DNA from: Eimeria praecox
Taxonomy: Eukaryota
Reading direction: 5' to 3'
Length of the DNA stretch: 64,000 nt
Assembly (NCBI GenBank): GCA_963920595.1
Contig: OY986949.1
Location: 372,001-436,000, forward strand
Positions 28,201 to 38,182 of this stretch are shown piece after piece. The notes under the pieces were generated by a model. The model ran no database searches. It saw only the letters and a program-made list of their open reading frames with translations, and was not told where the DNA came from. Both the position numbers and the translations under genes were made by a program. The stretch's first letter is position 1, and every line of letters starts with the position of its first letter.

Positions 28201-29550
28201 TAATTAGCCTTAAGCGCTTGACTTGTAGGTCAGTCAGCGTGATGGTGCGTCCCTCCAGCGCGTGTATCCTTCATTGCGGGAAAACATATTTTTCCTCTCT
28301 ACGCGCCGCTGTTTTGATACGGTATGCACAGCTAGTATCAGCTCTAAATGCATTGCTGATTTGCCCAGAAGCAGTGCAGATTGGAGGGAGCCTCAATAGG
28401 TCTGAGCCATTATCCGTCATACTCGTTTTTGTCCTTGATGGACCTCTCTGAACGTCTGCAAAGCGGTGTGCAGCAATGCCCAGCACGGGAATGCCAGCTC
28501 TCTTATGCTATACCGACCGCTGCTCACGCGTAGAATACTGTAGGGGGGCAAAGGTGTGTTTCTTGACAAAGAGTGGCTTAGGGGTCCTAAATGACGTGGG
28601 CGCTCATCACGGCAGGTATTCATACAAAAAGAAGTGATAACGTTGTCCACACACTTTCTGCAGCTCAGATTTTGCACAGGGGATTGAGTTCCTCAGCAAA
28701 GTAAGGGACTGCAACTAGAGCCTTTGAATAGTGCGTCGCTTAGCATCGAAGACATCATCAAGCAAAGATGTTGTTAAACGCAACGCAGAATGCTTAGTTC
28801 CAGACCCAGCTGGCGGCCCTACCCACGCCGTGAGATGTTATGTCAAAGCAGCCATATCATAGAAGCTTGTGCACTGGTACGATAGCATGTGCCGCTCGCA
28901 CAGGTTGACGACAGCTACTATTCAACATGCGGTCTGACGCACCGTCACAAAGCCCTTTGCGCAGGGCTTCTACGTCAACGCAACCATCAGAGTAACCCCG
29001 CCTCGCACCAGCGTGTTGCGTGCCTCCTCTTGCTCATGGCATGCAAAGGAACACAGAACTGCTCATTCGCCGTTTGTCCCCTTAGCCGCTGACCCACCCT
29101 ACCGTAAAATCGAGCCACCTGATCTAGTGAGCAAACGTATCTGCTCAAAGCATCTGCTCGCTTGTACAGCGCTCAGCATAACACACAACTGGCAGGCAAC
29201 CGTTGCGCCCAAGCGAAACTCCCAACACAGGTGGCACTAGGCAATTTGCAAGCTCAACGTAGAGTACAAGCAGAAAGATCCGTACATAGCGACATCTATT
29301 TGCAGCCTGTGTTTCCTGCGCTGTCCAATAACTTAGTTTTCCTCTGTTGGTGTCACGAACATTCCAATCCACAATAAAACTGAGTAATCCTGGGTACTGC
29401 TCCACAACACACGAGGGCATCGCTACAACGCCAGAACGTCTCTCACAAGGAATCCGTCAAACGCCCTATTTTAGCTTCTTATGCAATATGAGCTTACGCG
29501 TATCCTACAATGTACTCCAGAGCACACGTTCAGTTCCCTAAGTGTGTCGT
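25204..29550. repeat. Unit A7 / transition unit (4347 bp): A-like to ~27900, then progressively diverged homologue
   Basis: 158-bp segment present at 27273-27430. Mismatches rise from ~27900. From ~28370 only short colinear matches to A remain (cgtcat, caatgccca, aaagcagcc, tagccgct, gctcagca). Confidence 0.8.
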
Positions 29551-32500
29551 CTTACGCCCTGTGTCATTCTCAACGCCACAAGATATTCATGCTACTATGG
29601 GGCAAGCGCAAACTCGCTACTCTATGCCAGCACTAGACAATCCCCAGAAATTCAATCGCACGTGGCAAACAACTTGTCCAGGTCTTCATCCCTAGTGCGG
29701 GCACAAACACCATCAATACCGGCGTAGACTGCATCGCTCTTGTCGTTCCCGTTGGTGAACAGCGTCTACTTCGCAAGGCTTCCCATGGATGGTAATGCAT
29801 CAAACCTCAATAGCTGGCTGGTAGTGGATTCGGAGGCTGAGACCTGCGCGCCACAATTGCCACAATCACAACCGCTTTGCTCACCCCACGGATGCTCTAT
29901 CCATCCCGCGTCACAAATAGCCAATGCGCAACCTTTTGCCAGCCTACCACCCAATGCTACCATACACAAGCTAGTTCGCATTCCAACCACCACAGGCTTT
30001 CACATCACCCAATGACTCACAACGACTGGCATGCGAGACGCCACGACAGACAGGCCACTATAGAATCCTTGATCGGCAAAAACAAGGATGTGGCAGCGCC
30101 GCTGTTCTACTGTGGAACGCAAAACCGAACCATCTGTGCTCGTCAGTCTAAAGGGCGTGGCTTGGATACGATCCGCAAAGGGGGCAACATCGCAGACATG
30201 GGCTCAGAGCTGCATTCTTTACATCCTCCGGCATCCAGACTAGCGACCCGCCTTCCAACTCGCCATGCACCACGGTGAATCAACCACATCCGCTGACGTA
30301 AGTTCTTGCTGCAGTGACACTCCCGCCACTTTGGGACTCGAGCAACGCACTGGCATGCGACTGCAAGCTGTTACGAAAAGACGCATTTCCTGGAAGCCAC
30401 CAGCAACTGCCCTGTACGGACGACTACTTGTTTGCGCCGAAGTTGGCACTACCGCCTAACACCATATGTCTGCTGCATGGCGTGCCAACAACGTCACTCC
30501 GACAACAAAGCAGCTACAGTGACCACCAGCAGTTGGTGCATGCACCGGCACTAAGGATAAATTCGCATACGCATTGTATCATCGCAAGCTTGCGTTGGCT
30601 TGACCGGCTAGCAAAACAATGTCAACGTTGACGGTGGATTTGAGAAGCCCCACTATTGAGCTTTGGCACATCTCATGCACTACTGCAGGCGTGCAGGCCA
30701 ACTAACCCCGCAATCTCAAGCCTTCGGAGGTAACCATAAACGCATACCACACGTCACAGGGACGCCAAGTGCATTTCTAGTGCTATGACTGGCCTACCAA
30801 TGCTGTCGTCCACTGCTGGAGCCCAAACGCACCAACTGCATGTGCTTTCAACTTACACCGACTAGCGCATCTATGCCAACTGCTGCGTGTAGCCGGTAAT
30901 CCCGGCTGCCCCAACGACGTCCAACATAAACTATGCACCCTTGCCACAAGGCCGAATTGCTGTCGCCTCCATGAATTCCATGAAGTCCGGAGCACACGTA
31001 TGCAGGCGCACACTTCAACCTGGCACACACAGGCATCACCAAAACCGCCAAATGCACCCCTGGACAAGCCAGCTGCTCTGCCCAGCGTACACTCGCTTTC
31101 CGAACTGCTTGATAAGGGTTCATGCCTTTGTAAGCACCGCCCAATGCCAACGAAAAGCTTGTCCCATCTTACTCGACAGAGACCAAGCACCGTGCATGCA
31201 ACCCATTTCGTACCGAAAATTTGCCGACATGTCTCCTTGCATCATACGTTGTGCTCCGCCCATGCTTATGGGCCTCAGAAAATCCGCTGATATTGCAATC
31301 GAACTATTTTACTACCAGATGCCGCAGAGTCATTGTAACATGGCGATTCAAGGGCTCCTTCTGGGGGCTCGAGTGCTTCATGCTGTCGACGACATAACAA
31401 GCACGAAAGCGCATAAAGCAATCAGGATATCCAGCCGCCCGGCTCACCTTGCATTCCGCCTTATACCTCTAATTTCAATCCAGCCGAAGCGTGTGCACGA
31501 TTCCATCCTCGATTCCAAAAGAAGGGCTGCCTCGCGTGCTCATTGTAGTCACTGTATGTGGGAGGTTTGCTGTCGTACCTCCTGGGAAAGCAGGAGAGTG
31601 TGCAAGTTGCTTCTTAAAGGCTGAAGTGTACTGCGTGCAAGATGTACAGGGACAAGCTTTATTAAACTAGGTAGCTACTGGCTCGCGGAAATCCACCGCC
31701 ATGCATGTGCCGGTTTGGCATTCCTACACACACAGCCAAAAACACACAAGGGAAAGTAAATCAAACAGTAAATAGAAGCCTGAGCTACAGGCAGCTAAAC
31801 AATCCTTACCCTGTACTAGGATAACGCTAGCATTGTTGTGTGCAGTGCAACGGCAAGTTTTAATTGGATGAAGGCAAAGGCGAGCAAACCAGGAGCAATA
31901 ACGGAGCGTTGGTGCCGCTTTCCTAAAGCAGCACCGTTCAATTAATAAGGCGCAAGAAGCTAAAATGTCAAAACGTATACTAGGGAGCGCAGGCCATACC
32001 GTGATGCCGCCAACTCAGAGGAGGTAAACCAAATCACCGGCACGAACGTCCAGCTCAACACGGACCAGCCAGTTGGTGTTAGTTGTAGCACGCGCTAAAC
32101 CTAGCCTCCGCTGACGACCTCAACAAAACGCTGCAGGGCATTACAAACCCACAGCTGACGGTCGGCCCTATGTACGCTTGTGTAATGGTGCGTAGCACCT
32201 CCACACTTCAAACTCTGTCAATGCCTCACAACGCCAAATATCCGCGCACTTGCTGCACGACAAAATGAACGTAGCGATACAACGCTTGGTGCATGCTATG
32301 CATGTGTTGCAGGCCTATGTGCTGATTCTTACAGCCAGGCGCTGGCTTTCCCTTAGTTTCACAAATCAGCGGATCCAATCGATGCACCAAACCCACATAT
32401 CGAGCAGGGCCTACCGGGAGTGTGCGGAAGCTGCGAAATGACAAGCTCCAGTGCTCAATTTGGCTTGGCCAGACAGTTTGCACTACGGCACAAATGCTCG

Positions 32501-33799
32501 GCAAAGAACATCGTCAGTTAAGTGAAAACCTTTGGATGGCGCAACGCTTCATACCTGGCCGTTGATAGCGCATTGGCGGGGCAAAAACGCAACCTACTGC
32601 AGTCGCGCTGCAGCGCTGTAGAGTGCATGCGGCTCACCATCTTTATTAGGTACCATTAGTAAACGTTTACCGCAACACGACTGCACAGTTCCTGGCTATA
32701 ATAGTAAGGATAATTGCTCTGCAGTTGCGCTCGACAGACAGACACCGACGCCTAGGCCAACTCCGCTCGTTCCTGAAATAACCTGAATGCAGTGCCATCC
32801 TCATTCATCAAACAGTCTACGCTAGCATAGAATCCACTGATATCCAGTGACGCAAACGCTAGCCAGGATATGGTGCACGCCCACGTGTGCATCAATGCGA
32901 ACTCCACGAACAGGCGAATCCCAGCGTCGCTTGACTACTCTAAAAGCCATCGACACGCAAAACGCATGGTGCACGCAAGTGCGGGCAAAATGCAAACGCC
33001 AAGAACGGACCTGCCTTCCCAAGGCAATACAACCTTAACGGTTGGGATAAAGCCTTAGCAAAGGCGAAACACATGCACGCAGAGCAGCAGGAGGTACGTC
33101 AGTCTCGCGAGGCACGACAAACACCCGCTTTTCTTCGGAAACAGCCATACACAACCTCTTGGAGTACTCCTGACAAAGTAGCGATATTCGTGCATGCTTG
33201 CAGAGCCCCACAGCCCCCATAACACACAGGATGTACAAAACTATGTTAGGGACAAAAAGAGGAAAACGGGCCATACTGCATACTCTGTCACTTTCCCGTG
33301 CAGCTCTCCAGCAGAACCTGTTAAAGCACACAACACACAAGCCACTCAGAACACGCGTTTGAACGTGTGAACCCTTATACTACCAAATGGCATGTGGGTG
33401 TGTGGTGAACTCGAATGTGTGACTGCTCCGATATCCTGACATACGCGCTGCAACAGCACGCAGTTGGTCACACAGCTGCCTCATATGCATGTGGGGCGGG
33501 CTGGAATGCCAAAGAGATGTCGCACAGACCACTGAACGAGCCTTCCCTGACTACGCCAACCAGGCAGGTGAAGAGAAAGAAACCAACTTACACAAACTTC
33601 AACACCGCAGAGTTCAACAGAACAAACCCGCATCCGTCCCTGCTCGCTCCACACCGAGCACTTAACATTTACAGCACTGCGCTTTGCCACAGTAGCGCAT
33701 GCCCTCACTGACCACAGCAATATCATATTAAGAACTCCATAACAACTCCATAACAAGCCACAGGTCACTACAGTGACAACGGTCAATTCACTGTATTGC
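29551..33799. repeat. Unit B1 (4249 bp; middle type I, followed by a unique diverged variant ~31730-32890)
   Basis: Anchor cttac..ctcaacgccacaagatattcatg at 29551 and 33800. Confidence 0.92.
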
Positions 33800-33804
33800 C
33801 TTAC

Positions 33805-34092
33805 GGCCTGTGCCATCCTCAACGCCACAAGATATTCATGCTACTATGGGGCAAGCGCAAACTCGCTACTCCATGCCAGCACTAGACAATCCCCAGAAAT
33901 TCAATCGCACGTGGCAAACAACTTGTCCAGGTCTTCATCCCTGGTGCGGACACAAACACCATCAATACCGGCGTAGACTGCATCGCTCTTGTCGTTCCCG
34001 TTGGTGAACAGCGTCTACTTCGCAAGGCTTCCCATGGATGGTAATGCATCAAACCTCAATAGCTGGCTGGTAGTGGCTTCGGAGGCTGTGAC
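33805..34092 (-). pseudogene. Possible degenerate exon (288 nt, 96 codons, four in-frame stops); homologues in the B units
   Basis: On the - strand it is bounded by cgcag| and |gtaag. It reads VTASEATTSQLLRFDALPSMGSLAK*TLFTNGNDKSDAVYAGIDGVCVRTRDEDLDKLFATCD*ISGDCLVLAWSSEFALAP**HEYLVALRMAQA. No recognisable family; no clear codon-position bias between copies. Confidence 0.25.
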
Positions 34093-35105
34093 CTGCGTGT
34101 CATAATGGCCACAATCGCAACCGCTTTACTCACCCCACGGATGCTCTAGCCGCCCCCCGTCACAAATAGCCAATGCGCAACCTTTTGCCAGCCTACCACC
34201 CAATGCTACCATACACACGCTGGTCCACATTCCAACCACTACAGGCTTTCACATCACCCAATGACTCACAACGACTGGCATGCGAGACGCCACGACAGAC
34301 AGGCCACTATAGAATCCTTGATCGGCAAAAACAAGGATGTGGCAGCGCCGCTGTTCTACTGTGGAACGCAAAACCGAACCATCTGTGCTCGTCAGTCTAA
34401 AGGGCGTGGCTTGGATACGATCCGCAAAGGGGGCAACATCGCAGACATGGGCTCAGAGCTGCATTCTTTACATCCTCCGGCATCCAGACTAACGAGTCGC
34501 CTTCCAACTCGCCATGCACCACGGTGAATCAACCACATCCGCTGACGTAAGTTCTTGCTGCAGTGAGACTCCCGCCACTTTGGGGCTCGAGCAATGCACT
34601 GGCATGCGACTGCAAGCTGTTACGAAAAGGCGCACTTCCTGGAAGTCACCAGCAACTGCCCTGTACGGACGACTACTTGTTTGCACCGAAGTCGGCACTA
34701 CCGCCTAACACCAAATGTCTGCTGCATGGCGTGCCAACAACGTCACTCCGACAACAAAGCAGCTACAGTGACCACCAGCAGTTGGTGCATGCACCGGCAC
34801 TAAGGATAAATTCGCATACGCATTGTATCATCGCAAGCTTGCGTTGGCTTGACCGGCTAGCAAAACAATGTCAACGTTGACGGTGGATTTGAGAAGCCCC
34901 ACTACTGAGCTTTGGCACATCTCATGCACTACTGCAAGCGTGCAAGCCAACTAACCCCGCAATCTCAAGCCTTCGGAGGTAACCATAAACGCATACCACA
35001 CGTCACAGGGACGCCAAGTGCATTTCTAGTGCTATGACTGGCCTACCAATGCTGTCGTCCACTGCTGGAGCCCAAACGCACCAACTGCATGTGCTTTCAA
35101 CTTAC

Positions 35106-35268
35106 ATCGACTAGCGCATCTATGCCAACTGCTGTGTGTACCCTGTAAGCCCGGCTGCCCCAACGACGTCTAGCATAAACTATGCACCCTTGCCACAAGG
35201 CCGAATTGCTGTCGCCTCCATGAATTCCATGAAGTCCGGAGCACACGTATGGAGCTGCGCATGTCTCC
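35106..35268 (-). pseudogene. Possible exon-like segment (163 nt) flanked by canonical splice signals; homologues in B1-B3 and B5-B8
   Basis: - strand tgtgtgccag| acceptor-like and |gtaagt donor-like sites. One frame is open; another has three TAG codons but mostly synonymous differences between copies. Product not identified. Confidence 0.25.
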
Positions 35269-38182
35269 CTGGCACACACAGGCGTCACCAAAACCGCCAA
35301 ATGCACCCCTAGACAAGCCAGCTGCTCTACCCAGCGTGCTCGCGCTTTCCGAACTGCTTGATAAGGGTTCATGCCTTTGTAAGCACCGCCCAATGCCAAC
35401 GAAAAGCTTGTCCCATCTTACTCGACAGAGATCAAGCACCGTGCATGCAACCCATTTCGTACCGAAAATTTGCCGACATGTCTCCTTGCATCATACGTTG
35501 TGCTCCGCCCATGCTTATGGGCCTCAGAAAATCCGCTGATATTGCAATCGAACTATTTTACTACCAGATGCCGCAGAGTCATTGTAACATGGCGATTCAA
35601 GGGCTCCTTCTGGGGGCTCGAGTGCTTCATGCTGTCGACGACATAACAAGCACGAAAGCGCATAAAGCAATCAGGATATCCAGCCGCCCGGCTCACCTTG
35701 CATTCCGCCTTATACCTCTAATTTCAATCCAGCCGAAGCGTGTGCACGATTCCATCCTCGATTCCAAAAGAAGGGCTGCCTCGCGTGCTCATTGTAGTCA
35801 CTGTATGTGGGAGGTTTGCTGTCGTACCTCCTGGGAAAGCAGGAGAGTGTGCAAGTTGCTTCTTAAAGGCTGAAGTGTACTGCGTGCAAGATGTACAGGG
35901 ACAAGCTTTATTAAACTAGGTAGCTACTGGCTCGCAGAAATCCACCGCCATGCATGTGCCGGTTTGGCATTTCTACACACGTGCACCCGAACACAAATAT
36001 AGTAAAATAAATCGAGCAGCGAATGCAAGCCCGAACCAGAGTTAACTAAGCACGCCTGATACTATAGTAGGATAACATGTATGCTCTTCTATGCACTACA
36101 ACAGCAAGCGTCAAGGAAGTGCGGGAACACGTGACCAAATCAGGATCCATCCAGGGGCATCAGCTCGGCATTTATGAAGCAGCACTATCCCACTACAAAG
36201 GCGCCCGCCGACAATATGTCAAGAAGATCGAACTAGGCAGTGCCCTTCAGACTGTGACGCTGTCGACTAAAAGAAGGCAAGACAAAGCAACAAGCTGAAA
36301 ATCTTACTAAGGGTACACCAGCCAGATGCTCAAATTTGGAGCCCGCTGGACCGCCCCTCCGCTGACGATCCAAGCAAAACCCTGCAGGGCATCACAGATT
36401 CACTGCAGAGCGACTGTCGACTCTACGTGCGAATATGTAACCCTGTTTATAGCCTCTACACCTTAAACGCTGTCAATCCCTCAAAGTTGGAATAATCCCC
36501 TCACTGGCTGCATGGCAAAATGCATGGAGCGATGCAATACGTCGTGCCCATTATTCTTCAGCTCTAAGCGCTTGTGCTGACCGCTCCCACAACCCATTGG
36601 GCGTCCTGTAGCTCCACAAGCAGAATATACAACCGATGAGCCAGACCACCTGGTCTAGCAGGTTCTAGTGAGAACATAACGACGTCCCGAAACACCAAAC
36701 CCCAGTACTCCACTGGCCAGCTCTACACTACGACACAAAAGCTCAGCAATCAAAGCCTCCAGCGCAATGAGTAATTTCATATACGACTAGTGCGGGTGAA
36801 TGACGCAGCCCTTCACACTTTGCAGTAGGCACGCGATTGGTGACGCATACGCGGCAATTATAGTATGGCGCGAACTCATGAACGTAGCCAGCAGTACGAG
36901 CTGCCGCAAAATGACGAGACCCCCGTGTGCGCAATCCTTCAAAGCACAACGTACGGCATTCCTACGAAATTACATACAATATGCACTGGCGCTGCAGCGT
37001 CCTTGGACTGATGCTGCTCACAATCTTTGTAAGGCATCATTAAACGTTCAGTCAAACAAGACTGCATACATTTATGCCTAGAATAGTAAGCAGAATCGCT
37101 CTGCAGCTGTACTCAACACGCAGACGTTGACGTCTAACCACACCTCATGCACGTCTTTTTAATTGAGCTCAGCGCCATCCTCATTCATCAAACAGTCTAC
37201 GCTAGCGCAGGCAGCAATTATGGCGGCCCAAGCAGACGCAAACCACGTGCAGGGCACCGCCAACCGTGCACTAATGAGCACTCCACGAGCAGGCGGATCC
37301 CACCGTCGCTTGACTACTCTAAAAGCCATCGACACGCGAAACGCATGGTGCACGCAAGTGTGGGCAAAATGCAAACGCCAAGAACGGACCTGCCTTCCCA
37401 AGGCAATACAACCTTAACGGTTGGGATAAACCCTTAGCAAAGGCGAAACACATGCACGCAGAGCAGCAGGAGGTACGTCAGTCTTGCGAGGCACGACAAA
37501 CACCCGCTTTTCTTCGGAAACAGCCATACACAACCTCTTGGAGTACTCCTGACAAAGTAGCGATATTCGTGCATGCTTGCAGAGCCCCACAGCCCCCATA
37601 ACACACAGGATGTACAAAACTATGTTAGGGACAAAAGGAGCAAAACGAGCCATACTGCATACTCTGTCACTTCCCGCTGCGGTCAGCTCTGCAGCAGAAC
37701 CTGTTAAAGCACACAACACACAAGCCACTCAGAACACGCGTTTGAACGTGTGAACCCTTATACTACCAAATGGCATGTGGGTGTGTGGTGAACTCGAATG
37801 TGTGACTGTTCCAATATCCTGACATACGCGCTGCAACAGCACGCAGTTGGTCACACAGCTGCTTCATATGCATGTGGGGCGGGCTGGAATGCCAAAGAGA
37901 TGTCGCACAGACCACTGAACGAGCCTTCCCTGACTACGCCAACCAGGCAGGTGAAGAGAAAGAAACCAACTTACACAAACTTCAACACCGCAGAGTTCAA
38001 CAGAACAAACCCGCATCCGTCCCTGCTCGCTCCACACCGAGCACTTAGCATTTACAGCACTGCGCTTTGCCACAGTAGCGCATGCCCTCACTGACCACAG
38101 CAATATCATATTAAGAACTCCATAACAACCCAATAACAAGCCACAGGTCACTACAGTGACAACGGTCAATTCACTGTATTGC

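Larger units (their letters stand above)
33800..38182. repeat. Unit B2 (4383 bp; middle type I + variant b)
   Basis: 35410-35975 is near-identical to B1 31160-31725; 35980-36600 resembles B7 57700-58310. Confidence 0.93.

Noticed and set aside
28370..29550. Unique insertion or spacer between two unrelated arrays
   Set aside because: It retains colinear matches to the A unit and preserves unit spacing; treated as a diverged repeat segment.
30941..31624. Longest ORF (227 aa, + strand)
   Set aside because: TTG start, no recognisable domain, truncated in B2 and interrupted by stops in B7; absent from type II units.
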